This document shows, one piece after another, positions 51,002 to 63,895 of a DNA stretch of 64,000 bases. How positions within the stretch are numbered: position 1 is the first letter of the stretch; the number at the start of each line of letters is the position of its first letter. The position numbers and the translations under genes are program-made. This DNA is from Mytilus edulis (lineage: Eukaryota): contig NC_092349.1 in assembly GCF_963676685.1 (NCBI RefSeq), positions 4,030,001-4,094,000 on the forward strand. Reading direction: 5' to 3'. The notes below the pieces were generated by a model. It was not told the origin of the DNA. It ran no database searches and saw only the letters and a list, made by a program, of their open reading frames with translations.

Positions 51002-51599
51002 ATACAGATATATTTTTATTTTGTTTTTTAATTCTTACAACATTGCAAAAATCTAAACACAATCTGTGAAATTATATATGGAATGCGAAATTTACAAAAT
51101 ATAAACTTTATGCTGTGTTGGCTTGGCACGCAGACTTTTGTGGAAATTCTGAAATAAATCATGCGGTTTAACAGACTTATTGATAGTAAATTAAGTAAGT
51201 AAGTAAGTAAATTTTATTTAGAGTCGGCATATATATACATAATAACAAGAAAGAAAAAAGATAGATGTAGTAACATACATAGTGTTTGATTGGTTTCGTT
51301 ACATTTGGCACAAAACTAATTTATCAAAAACCTCTTCATTTCATTGCATTTCGAAAATAAAAATCAAGTATAAAATTTGACTTTTGTCAGTGCATGACAA
51401 CGTATTCTTCTGAATTTCTTTATGATGTTGCCTTGTTGTATCTAATAGAGGATCACCTGTGTCTCTCTTCATAATACTTACTTTATTCGGTAAAATAAGC
51501 ATTTCCTGCCTTTTTGTTTATTATACATGATTTCTTTGTTCATCGTTATACTAAATGGTTCAAGTAAACTCATCATAGATACCAGCACTAAATGTATAT

Positions 51600-51643
51600 A
51601 CGCCAGACGCGCGTTTCGTCTACAAAAGACTCATCAGTGACGC
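51600..51643 (-). ncRNA. Type I hammerhead ribozyme with intact core (retrozyme fragment)
   Basis: GCGUCA-CUGAUGA-GUCU(UUUGU)AGAC-GAA-ACGCGCGU-C|UGGCGU. Stem I is GCGUCA/UGGCGU, stem III is palindromic and the cleavage triplet is GUC. Confidence 0.8.
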
Positions 51644-51854
51644 TCGAATCCAAAAAAGTTAAAAGGATGATAATAAAGATGATAAAAAAAGAAAACTGGT
51701 GTAACAACATTGAAATATTGAAAATGACAGTTGTCTGAACCTGCAAAGTACGTTGAGAACACAACAAATAGAACAACTGAATGTGGTGAAAATGATCACT
51801 TACTTTACTTCGATATAAAAAATTACTACAAGTATTATATCAGTTGACAATGCA

Positions 51855-52430
51855 AAGGAGTAGGTTCAGTAAGGCCCCTTTTTGACCCCAAAATATAGCA
51901 GTTTTAGAAAATTGTGAAAATGTAATCTCTAAACTATAATTTCGAAAGTAAAATGCTTCTGCTACATAAATAAGAGCTGTTTTTGACGATACAATGCACA
52001 CATATCGCGTTCTAGCATCATTAAGTCATGCTAAATTACTGAAATCTTCAAAATTTTAGCATTTTGGTTAATTTTTAGACTGTTTCCGTCTAAAATGAAA
52101 GTGGCCGCATTCGTGTTCATTCATAATATTAAAATGTAAGTTGTATTTGATGATAACACAAAACATAAAGGTTGAGGATAAACATGGATGCGGTCACTTT
52201 CATTTTTGACAAAAACCATCTGAAAAGTGACGTTTTTTGGCATATTTGATAGATTTTTCATTTTAAGCTTGAATCAGTGCGTTTTTAATGACTAAATCAG
52301 TTAAAATCATCCACATAAACTAATCGAATCAATTGAATTAGACACTTAAGTGTTTAAATGTGTCCAAAAACTTTCGTTAGATGAACCTGAAATTTGAGGC
52401 CAAAATCGGCCCTTACCAGAGCTACTCCTT
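51855..52430. mobile_element. MITE with ~30-bp imperfect TIRs
   Basis: aaggagtaggttcagtaaggccc / ggcccttaccagagctactcctt, flanked by tgca and tgta. Confidence 0.7.
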
Positions 52431-53389
52431 TGTAAACTTAACATATAGTCATATTCACATGCTTGAGATTCGAAAACTATAAAAATGGCCACTTTTGTAG
52501 AACAAAAATAAATAACACGATTTTTAAGCACAATAAAAATCTACTAAAAATATCGTCTAATTTTGTGTTGATTAATGTTACAATCTGGGAAAATACCTTT
52601 GTAAGTTTTAAAGGATTTCCGTGTAGGCTCTTCTTCTTCAATCAAAAGTTTATGTTTATCTTTTGTGTACCCTTCTTAAGTCAATGTACTAGTATTTGAT
52701 TGGAAAAATCTGCATATACTTTCCTAAACTGAGAGATAAATAGGTGTAAATAATATCAAATAATTTTACATAATTGGTGAAAATAAATTTTTGAGAACTT
52801 TTTTAAATTTTGTATTCACTGTATGATAAAGACCTACAGGCACTACTGGCCCTAGGTTTATAAAGATAGCAAAACAAGGAAAACGGTAATGATACATATT
52901 CAAATTAATTTCTGAATATCATAATGAAGTACTTCAATTAACTTTGTATGTAGAATTTTAGGCAGTGTGAGAAAATTGTGACAACTTTTAAAAGGTTAAT
53001 ATTATCCCTATGGGCCAGGAAATACTACCGTGTCACCTTAACATTACCGTTTTAGTAGTAAAAATCGTTACATGTAGTAGTATAACGGAACGGATATGAA
53101 CTCTTCGCGGGGGGCTTTCAAAGATAATTAGTGCCGAAAAATGGATGTAGACCATCAGTTATTAATATTCAATCCAAATTTTTAGAATTGCGATTAAATA
53201 ACATACTGACAAATAAATATGGGATTAGACTATTGCATGTATCATAAAGGTTGGTGAAAAGAACAGTTGTTAGTAATAGATAAATCAATGTACATATATG
53301 CTATTTGTGTCATTTGTTTAAGCGAAAATTAAATAAGTTAAACATGTGATGTAAGTAACGGTAGGCTTTGACAATGGCTGAAATTCCGA

Positions 53390-53510
53390 CTAAAGATCTT
53401 CCGTTGAACATTTTGGAACTTATCCAATCAAAATTGTACATAGAATACCAAACGAAAAATATTGGGATGTCGTATTTTGGGATAAACTTAAGGAGACGTT
53501 ATCAGTCTAA
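53390..53510 (+). pseudogene. Orphan TLR TIR C-terminal remnant
   Basis: KDLPLNILELIQSK.YIEY..DVVFWDKLKETLSV* with a frameshift. Its ending matches the 62673 paralog (ETLSV*). Confidence 0.85.
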
Positions 53511-53689
53511 TAACTCGCGATTATTCAATTGACCAATAAGGTTGTGATTCGTAATACTGAAACAAATTCAAAAATGATAACATCATAGACATCCGGAATC
53601 CGCCTGGTTAGGGTGCAATCCTAATGCCAATATATGAAATAATTCTAAGATTGAACTAAGACAATTAATAATTGAGATAAAAAAAAAGT

Positions 53690-54015
53690 TATCAAAGGTA
53701 TAAGGATTATAATTGTATACGCCAGACTCGCGTTTCGTCTACATAAGACTCATCAGTGACGCTCAGATAAAAAAAGCTATAAAGCCCAACGAGTACAAAG
53801 TTGAAGAGCATTGAGGTCCCAAAATTCCAAAAAAATGTACCGAATACGGCTAAGGTAATCTATGCCTTGGATAAGAAAATCCTTGGTTTTTCGAAAAATT
53901 CATAGTTTTATAAATAGGAAATTTACAAAAATTACCATATAATTGATATTCATGTTAACACCGAAGTGCTAACTACTGAGCTGGTGATACCCTCGGTGAT
54001 ACCCCTGGGGACGAA
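53690..54015 (-). repeat. Retrozyme monomer with an intact-core hammerhead at 53719-53762
   Basis: GCGUCA-CUGAUGA-GUCU(UAUGU)AGAC-GAA-ACGCGAGU-C|UGGCGU; body homologous to 20608-21015. Confidence 0.78.
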
Positions 54016-54299
54016 ACTGTCGGGAATTGCATGAACTCCGAACGGAACGGAAATAATTGCGACGACAGGGTAAGCATCCCCTGCTATGTAACCGCTACCT
54101 GCTATGCGATCTGCACTAAGTCAAAATTTCACAGTTGGAAATTAGACACATCGTATCGGTAACAAATTCTGAATATTGTATTAATAGAATGCGAATGGTT
54201 AAGTTCACAATGAACATTATATATGTATTCTACTTGAATGTTGTATAGAAGTCTAATAATGTTTGCATGTAACACGATAAAATTTTGTTCAGCACTTAA

Positions 54300-54689
54300 G
54301 GAAGTTCGCTTGTCATGATTTGGGATTTTTGTCAGATTATCGGAATCTTTTGGTTTTATCCATTTGAATGCCTTAAAAAATTTTGCCTATGACCCCCACT
54401 TTTCTTTTTATAAATCTTTTACATGTATAATGATAAGCCATATGTTAAAGTCTTATAAAATTTTAATTTTTTTTTAATAGTTTTTGAGAACTTTAACATG
54501 ACAATGATAAAGCTGTGAAAAGTCAAGAGAGAATATTTCCCCGCCATAAGTTCAATGGCTAATATCTCGAAAACTAGCACATTGACCTATATGTTTTTTT
54601 TTGCACTTCTGATTCCTTTATTAATCCCCTATCAATATAAACTAGTGTTTTGAAAAGTTAATTATTTTGAAACTGAGAAGCGAACTCCC
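54300..54689. mobile_element. TTAA-flanked MITE
   Basis: ttaa|ggaagttcgct ... agcgaactccc|ttaa. Confidence 0.78.
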
Positions 54690-54764
54690 TTAATGAGATT
54701 TATCAGGACAAATGTAAAAATGTGCACTCAAATGAGCGGATAACATGCCTAAAGTTACATTATC

Positions 54765-54897
54765 ATCGCCTTATATGGAAACATTAAACAAATGTAGCAA
54801 TTAGAACTATTGGCTTGATTACAGGAAAAAAGTACATTGTTTAATATCAAATAGTTAATCCTTTAATTGTTAATGAAAGTTTTCCTTATTTCGTATG
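54765..54897 (+). promoter_or_regulatory. Second copy of the conserved TLR upstream block, with CArG box at 54769-54778
   Basis: Colinear with 38904-39040; a consensus donor AG|GTAAGT follows at ~55141-55148. Confidence 0.45.
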
Positions 54898-55805
54898 CAA
54901 AACAAGCCCAAAATATGACGAACAAAACTTGTTGATGAGAAAAAGCTTTCAGCAATACTTGTGTGTTTGTTTCATTTGTATGCAGCATAATCTTGACGGC
55001 TGTAAGTAAATAAAGTAAGTATGACAATTAGTAGTATATTTGATGGATACACTACAACCAAACGATTCACATAATCCATCAGATTCGGATTTTGATAACA
55101 GACAAGTGTCTATAACATACGTCAAGCCTTAAATTTTCCGAGGTAAGTAAAACAAACGATTTCTTTAGAATCTTAGTCGACCGTTGGCTTACTGCCTAAT
55201 GATCTTTAATTACTATAATTTGACTGTTCTTTCGGCGTACTCGTTTTCCTTAAAATCTACTAATATTTGACCGTGTTCAAGTATATAATATTTTGTCGGA
55301 TGACAACTACATTTGGATTCTATATTTGAATCATAAATGACGCGAATTAAAGGGTTATAATTCCTATTTCCCTTCCACTTGTTTATGGTTGCATTATTCA
55401 AATTTCTTTTTGTTTGTAGCGATAACACTTTTTTTACATTATTTGCACATAATTAATGACTTTATTTCTCAAAGTGAAAGAAATCAATTGTAAACATAAG
55501 TATAAGATACAAATATAAAAGATTGATTAATAGATTGTTGGTTTTTAACGCCAATTTTTTAGCGCCACATTTAGAGTAATGCGTAACGGCAAGTTGTTAT
55601 TGGTGGCGGGAGACGGAGTGCCCCCAAAAATCCCACCAACCTGCGAAAGGTAAACTGACAATCTTAGTCAATTAAGATTGAAGTCGAGTACATCCGAACG
55701 GGCGGGGTTCGAACTCACAACCTCAGTGTTGACTGTCTACAGATATTACTCGATTTATTTCACTTGACTGGGCGGAGTTTAACCGATTCGGTCACAATTA
55801 ACCTG

Positions 55806-57665
55806 GGCCCGTATGCATAAAGCTACTTAAGTTAAGATTTTCCTTAGTAAACACTTAAGTTAAGGAAACTCCGCCCTTTTTATCTAAGTGGTATGCATAA
55901 AAAATCTTAAACTAAGTATTTCCTAAATAAAATCTTAGTTGTTTTAAGTCACGCCCACAAAACTTAAGTGGTATGCATAAAACTCCTTATACTTAGGAAA
56001 CGCCTAAGATAACACTTAAGTCTAAGGTACCTATAGAGCTACCTTAAATTTTCAAAAATAGTTAAAAATTAGTCGAAAGTTTGCGTTTTTGGTAGAACAT
56101 GATTATGTTACCTACAATTTGATTGATTAATAAATATATCAGTAATAAACTAATTATTCGTTTATTTATTGCTAAATAATAAGTAAATATTAAAGATCAT
56201 CGTTATTTTCTTCGAATCACGTATAATCAACAAATCAAGAGATAACAGTGGGTAGTTATATATACTATTTCCTAATCTCGATGTTATGTATACCGAAAAG
56301 TACTGAGTGTTACACACATGTAATTCATGGTACTTTTTTTCTTTTGTTTAATTTGTACGTGAACGTTTTTTTTTTTTAATTATTAGAATACACAGCGCGG
56401 TATCAATTTTAACCGTTAGTTAAAAACCGAATCAAGGAATGAAGAGAGCATGAAAAACCACACTTTATATATGTTTGGGGTGGTTTCTGTTTTGCCGGGT
56501 GGATGGGGTTGGGTGGGAGGTGGTGCGTCATTTGAACTTTCAATTCAGTTTTATTCTAAAGATGTAAGGCATACCCTAATTTTTTGTTCACTTACCGGGA
56601 CAAAATCAAAAAGTTTTAAGACCTACCCAGAGGTGGATTTCTTTCATAAAAGGGGGGGGGGGGGGTATGAAACAATTAGGTTGATTGTTTGGAATCACTG
56701 TTACGGCAGTCAGAAGTCCCCATGGAATTCGTCGGTTATATAAGGTATTTGTGATACCTTACTCGTTTTAAATTATTTTTTCATATTACCTTATATATTC
56801 AGAGATATATTGCGGTTCGAAAATATTTCTAAGTTCGTTAAGATGTAGAGAATATACTTACTGTAATAATTTGTTTTAGTAAAGATTGTAGGACTTTTGA
56901 AATATACCCTAGTTTGTATATGGATTTCTGGAAAACAATCTACCCTCCCCCTTTTTTTGTTGTAAAAGGGAAGTGATAAAAATGTTAATTTCACATCAAA
57001 ATAGATTTTTTTTAAACTATAAGCAAATGTAGGCAAGGGTTCTGGACAGGGAGATGGCAGCTCATAATAAGCTCAACGATAAGTGAACATTTTATTGAAA
57101 AAAAGTGTTTTGTAAAATTATTTGTTAGCACATGTATGCTTACAATGATGTACTCAGTCTTGTGCTACGCCACTGCTTTAACCTTGATCATGTTTTGTTA
57201 GAGTTTAAAACATATTGTTGTCTCCAGAAAATATTACACCCATGAAAGATAATTAAAGATTAAGTAGAGGAAAGTTTTGGATTACCAATGCTCATCCGTC
57301 AAAGCATCAACCATAAAAAGCGTTGTCTTATATGCGCCAATTGTTCATCATTAAACTATGTTACGTTCTATTGAATTGTTTTACATGCCTATATCAATTT
57401 AACCCCAGCTCTTTAAAATAAAAGCATGCATTGATCAATAAATTAAAATAATCATAACAAACTTTTACACGGATGAGTACATGTGATGAGCTAATATTTA
57501 TCATACGGTAACTAGAGAAAGGTTCCGATTTAAGTATTCCTTAGTTAAGTGAATACTTAAGTAAGTTTATGCATACCATTTAAGAATTTGACTTAACTAA
57601 GGAAATTCTTAGTGAAATATAAGTTTAAGGAATACTTAAGTTAAGATGTTTTATGCATACGGCCC
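55806..57665. mobile_element. PIF/Harbinger-type non-autonomous transposon (1.86 kb)
   Basis: TIRs ggcccgtatgcataaa / tttatgcatacggccc, flanked by CTG and CAG (CWG target); many subterminal cttaagt(t)aag motifs. Confidence 0.78.
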
Positions 57666-58293
57666 CAGTCCATCTATAGATAGGATAAATTCATCAATGA
57701 AGTGTCCAATCATTGTTTTGTAAATGCCTTTGATGACACTGATAGGTGATTAGAAATCAGTAATAATCATAACGGCAATCATCTTTATCACACACATCTT
57801 CTGTCCTTATGCAAATAAATACGTAAACTCCGCCCGATTAGTTGAAATAACATTGGTAATAACAGTTATAGAAATACTTAAACCACTTGGCCACCGAGGC
57901 CTCTCAATTATAAAATAAAGATGAAAGATAACAAAGGAACATTCAAAGTCGAAAAAAAACACGGAAAAATTCGTGTCAAAAAATGAAAAAGACAAACAAC
58001 ATTATAATAGAAAACACAATTTATAAACCAAAGACTGAGCAACATAAATATGCGTGTGTTAATAAAACAAAAAAAGTAAATTTGGTAGACTGACTTTTAC
58101 ATTATTTTGTAACTAAGAATGAATATGGAAAAGATAATTCCATTGCAAGTTGCATATTTCTGTGTTCTGCTTTAATGACAAGAAACTTTCCTGTTGATCT
58201 TTTTTTTTTAAACATGAATTACTTCTAAATCTGATACTCATTTTGTTCATTTTCAGATTTATTTTTAATTATTTTATTGAACGTGCTGGAGGA

Positions 58294-61200
58294 ATGGCAA
58301 ACCAAGTAACATTTTATCGCATCATTCTTTTGTTCATTGCAACAGAAATGGTTGAGACTTCGAATAAAACTTGTCAGTTTGAGAGTCGATGTTTATGTAC
58401 ATTGATAAACCAAAATATGATTAAAGCTGACTGTGCTGGAAAAGGTCTTAAAACTATTCCAAAACTTCCCGTCAATTTGAAAAACATATCGCTTTCGAGT
58501 AACTTTATCTCTAGAATTGAAAAGTTGACATTTGAAGCGAGCGAATACCTTCTTTACTTGGACTTGTCAGACAATAGAATTCGTGAACTGTCAGAATTAT
58601 CTTTTCAGGGTCTCTCGAAACTGGAAACCTTAACTATCAGCAATAACCCTTTCTATCATTCCGCTATTTCGATAAATATTTTCAAGCCATTAGGATCCCT
58701 GCTGCATCTGACGCTAAAACGAAATTTCAGACAGCAGTTTTCGCTCAATGTTTCAGCGTTGGTGAGACTCAATACTTTAAAAATAGATGCTGTATCTTAT
58801 GATAATGATCAATTTGGTGTGGAATATGCCAATCTCCGTTTACTTCAAGAAGTGGACGTGTCTGGTTCCTCTGGATACTGTACACTGAAAATTCTTACAC
58901 CAGATACATTTAAATATATTCCTTATGTTGAACGGCTAGATTTGAGCGAGTGTGGTATCAATGCGATATGGATCGCAACCTTTAAAGGTTTAATTCATTT
59001 GAAATATCTAGATTTATCGTACAACAAATGCCTTAGATTTAGAGGATTTGCAAATGTGACACAGGATTTACCATCAACCTCATTGAAAATTTTGAAAATT
59101 AACAAAATTCATCAAACTTTTGATTTGAACACAATACTGACTAAGTGCGTACTCGAGCCTCTGCAAAGTACCAATATAACACAGATATACATTAACAGCA
59201 ATCGGCTACAGCTTTTCGAAAAGGGTGCAATTGATTTTTTTCCAAAAACTTTAAAAATATTGTCAATCGCTGACAACGAATTAATTTTCTACGGAAATTA
59301 CGTTGCCGACTTTATCAAATTGACCGTTCACGAGGTAAATATGTCGTACATGGGAATGTCACATTTCTTGAAGAATCGTGACGAGACTTGTGATCATACA
59401 CTCGTCACCACTTCACGTTGCAGTTACAACCCCGACGTGTACACGAAACTTGCAATCAAAAGACCCAACATGAACAATGGTACCAGCTTCTCCTTTTTTA
59501 GTTCGTTAGGTAGTGATACTGTGTTTTTTCCATACAATTTAAGGATATTTCACTTGAGAGAATGCAAGTTACGGTACTACCTTCCGGATATGACGTTTAC
59601 TGAAAATTTGTTGAGGTACGCCGATTTGTCTTCCAACACCTTTTATGACTGGCAAGGTCCACTTGGGAATCTAAATCAATTGAAATTCTTAAACTTATCA
59701 AATAACTATTGTTCCAAAGTATCTATAAGATTCTTTACAGGAATGCCAAACCTTACAACCCTTTTAGTACAAAGCAATCTATTAGGATTTGTAATACCAA
59801 GCGATAAAAACGGAAAAATACTAGCACCACTTGCCAACCTTAAAGTGCTAAATTTGGCTGACAATAGAATTCCAAGCTTGCCATCAGTCTTATTTAATGC
59901 CCAAACACAGTTACACACGTTAAATTTGAGCGGGAATATGCTTGAAACTGCTACATTCGAAATAAAACATATGACAAAACTTTCACATTTAGACATATCA
60001 AATAATAGACTTTCTGTTCTGGACACTTTTTTTACAAAACAGTTAGATCTCCTCTCATCATTTGTTCCAGGCTTGACTGTTGAATTATCGGGTAATCCCA
60101 TTAAATGTTCTTGCGAATCAATTGAGTTTATTGAGTGGTTGTCAATAACAAAAGTTCGTGTTCAAAGCTTGTTGCACCAAGATTGTCGATCTCTTCAAAT
60201 GCATTTGAATAGTTCAAGAGTCATTTACGAATATTTGAAGAAGAAATGCTCCTCATATACGACAACAATAGTCGCTGTCGGATCATGGGTCGCCATTTTT
60301 GCATTTGTCATAATTGCTGGAATTATTTATCGCTACAGATGGAAGCTTCGCTATGCTTATTATATAGTGAAAGGCAAACATCATGGTCAAATCAAACCTC
60401 TTAGAACAGACGATGATTTCCAGTACGATGCCTTCGTTTCTTACGCCGACGAAGATGAGACATTTGTTCATAGAAAGTTCCTAAAATATTTGGAGGACGA
60501 TCGAAATATAAGGTGTTGTGTGCACAAAAGAGACTTTTTGGCCGGAAATGATATCGCAACTAACATAACATGAAAACACAGAAACTTGTGTGAAAATAGA
60601 CCAACACAGGACAAACCTTTTTAAATCAAATATAGGAGTAAGACAAGGGGATAATCTCAGTCCCTGTCTCTTTAATATATATTTAAATGATTTGCCAACC
60701 TATTTTGACCAAACATGTGACCCAATCCCATTAAATACACATCCTTTAAATATTTTAATGTATGCTGATGATGTAGTTCTTTTATCATCATCAGAGCAAG
60801 GACTTCAAAATTGTGTTAACAAATTAAATAAATTTACAGTTGATTATAAAATGACAGTTAACATAAAAAAGACCAAGGTTCTTGTATTTAACAAATCAGG
60901 AAGACTTAAAAATATTAAAATATCATTAGGAAACCAGACTTTAGAATGTGTACAGAACTACACATACTTAGGTATAAATTTTTCATCGTCTGGGAGTTTC
61001 CAAATAGCAAAGAAAGAACTTTATAACAAAGGAATGAAAGCATATTTCAAATTAAGGAAGACCTTTTCAGTGGAAAGCCCAAAACCTAGTACTTTATTAC
61101 ACATCTATAACCATACAATCCGACCAATCTTGTTGTATGGATCTGAAATTTGGGGTTATATACCACATAAGAAACAAATACATTTGGATAACTTTATATC

Positions 61201-62673
61201 AAAAGAAACTGATTATCTTGTACTAGAGAAAATTCATACTAAGCTTTGTAAATTTTCACTTGGAGTTAATATAAAAACATCAAATATGGCATGTAGAGGA
61301 GAACTAGGTTCACTCCCTACACTGTATTATGTAATAATGAATATGGTAAAATATTGGATCCATCTTATGAAAGATATTGAACCTTCAAATATTATTCTAA
61401 GGGAAGCCATAAATCTATCTCATTCTATGGACAAACATAACCAGGAATCTTGGATAGGAAGCATTAAACATATATTTAAATTTCTAGACTTAGAATATCT
61501 ATTTGTTAACCAGTCAAACTTTAAACAAAACCATATTCTAAAAAAAGTAAAAACATCTTTAACTATTAAATTTAAAGAAAGCTGGTTAGCGAGTTTAGAA
61601 AGCAATTCTGGGAAGTGTACTAATTTACAATCTGGCAATAAATTAAGAACTTACAGAAAATTTAAAAATATTTTTATGTTTGAACCATATTTAAAAATGA
61701 TTTCAAAAAAAGACAGGCAAATAATCACAAGATTTAGAACTAGCTGTCATGATCTCGAAATAGAAAGAGGGAGGTATATTGGAATTAAAGCTGAAGACAG
61801 AAAGTGTAAGCTATGTAAGAACGCAGTTGAAGACGAACTACATTTTCTTTTAAAATGTCCTGTTCTAAAAGATACTAGATCTCAACATCTATCTAATTTA
61901 AATTCTAAATTCAAAAATTTTTCAAGATTACCTGATGAAATGAAATTTGTTTGGATTCTTTCATCTGAAGATTTGTTTGTTACTTCAAACTTATCTAATT
62001 TATTGCACTCCCTTTTTGAAGAACGAAAGAAAATTATAGAAAATATTGTTGTTTAAAAAAAAAAAAAAAAAAAAAAATAGAAGAAAAAATATATATTAGA
62101 TATATATATATATAAATTAAAATTGATCAGGAGTTGTCTCCCATAGACCTAGAACTATCCTAAAGATTTATGTAATTTCTCCAGGTCACAGTGGCACCCA
62201 TAACAACTATGTTTTGTCAATAACTTGGTTTATATCAGGTTAATTAGTGTAAATGTGTATTCATGTGGTTTTTTGTTTAATTGTACTTAAATCATTCTAA
62301 TCATTTTCTGTGCTTTATTTTGTAATTCATTTGATTGTATAGCTCAAATTTTGGGCACCATGATTGGTTAATAAAATTATCTTATCTAACATCCGCCATT
62401 CATAACAGCCGTAAAACGGTTGTAATATTGTCGCAACATTTCTTACAATCTGATTGGTGTCTGTTTGAATTTAATATGGCAAAAATGGAGAGTATCTATT
62501 CAAGAAGTAAAGAAAACATTATATTGCTCGTGTTCCTTGAACAAATAGCATCTAAAGATCTACCATTGAATATTTTGGAACTTATCCAATCAAAATCGTA
62601 CATAGAGTATCCAAACGACGAATACGGTGATGTCGTATTCTGGGATAAACTCAAGGAGACATTGTCAGTCTAA
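58294..62673 (+). pseudogene. TLR paralog interrupted inside the TIR domain by a LINE; otherwise open (58294-60571 and 62393-62673)
   Basis: ...GNDIATNIT | SAIHNSRKTVVILSQHFLQSDWCLFEF...FWDKLKETLSV* rejoins in frame once the insert and one TSD are removed. The insertion creates TGA at 60571-60573. Confidence 0.93.
60572..62386 (+). mobile_element. 5'-truncated non-LTR retrotransposon (LINE; clade uncertain, CR1/L2-group or RTE-X-like)
   Basis: TSD TAACAT (60566-60571 and 62387-62392). RT motifs GVRQGDNLSP, YADD and YLGI, plus C-terminal CKLC..EDELHFLLKC. Ends with AATAAA and a (TTATC)2 tail. Confidence 0.93.
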
Positions 62674-63309
62674 TGATGCGTGATCATACTGCATATATCG
62701 AAATAACTTTTTGATCATCATTAAGTTTTTGAAACTTTCTATTAAAACCGAACAGCAAGGGGCGTTTGGAATCTATTTTTCCTAGAGAAGTTGTAAATCT
62801 GGTAGGCGGGTTCTCTCCCTTGCATCATCTTAGACACCCTTGTTAAAGGACAGAGAACCAGTCTATGAATCTTGTATTGAAAAAGATTGAGCTGAGAATT
62901 TCATGATAAACATGTTGTCAAAACTTATGAACTAGACTATATATGCATGAACAAATATGTAATTTAATTCTTAAATTGTGAACTGTATAGCTATTATATA
63001 ATAATATAAAATATAATTTGTATAGTATGGCTTCTGTTTAAACTGATCGTTGAGCTATTTTTCAGTTTTCAAATAATTTTTGGGTTAATTAGATATTAAA
63101 ATACTTCCTTCTGTTAAGTTTCCTTGTAGCCATTTTGTCCTTTGTATATAAGCAACTATGAATGTGATGATTGTTGGGGTTAAAAAATAAATTAAAACAA
63201 GAGTAGAAAAGGAACATACTTTACAGGAAAGGCAATACGTAACCAAAAATAATTGGGAGACGAAGCAAACAGAAATTACAATTTACAACGACCGGTAAAA
63301 AGACTCCAT

Positions 63310-63895
63310 GATCTCCAGCGCTGGACTTAATTTCTTCAGCACTTGAGATGAAAATCCAGGGCTTTTATTTATATCTTCAGTGCTGGGATTTGTATCAATA
63401 GAACTAAAAGAAATCCAGCGCTGGACTATACATCTGTTGCGCTATTTAGCTACCCAGTGCTTAAGTATACATCTTCAGCTCTTGACTTTACATCTCCTTT
63501 CTTAATCTTTAGTGCATGAAGGTATGAACTAGATTTGTAGATATATCAAGTGGATTTTATATGATTAGCACTTGAATGAATATCACTAGCAACTGAGCTC
63601 ACATTTCTTCTGCTGGCCTTTGTATCTTCAGCGCTCACGTTTATATCCGCAGTCCTAGAATTGAAATTCCTATCGCGGGACTTAACGCACATTTTTCTAT
63701 TTTCAGCTCTTGGTTCTACAGTCAGTTTCAGATTGGTAATTTATCTCAAGTGCTGGCTTTTTATCATTAGTTTTAAAGTTAACATTTTATACTAGAGTTT
63801 GTATCCTCAGGTCGAGAGCTTACATCATCTGCGCTTTAGTTATCATCTCTTGTGCTGGACTTTGATCTTCCGCGTTCAACTTTATATCAACAGCG
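63310..63895. repeat. Degenerate 21-bp minisatellite array of the same family as 34490-35060
   Basis: Recurring cagcgctggact..../cagtgctgg...ttt.tatct units. Confidence 0.7.

Noticed and set aside
59706-60471. Antisense ORFs recurring in the TLR paralogs
   Set aside because: Their recurrence is explained by conservation of the sense-strand TLR.
63310-63895. CRISPR-like periodicity
   Set aside because: Degenerate contiguous units with no unique spacers and no cas genes, in a eukaryotic context.
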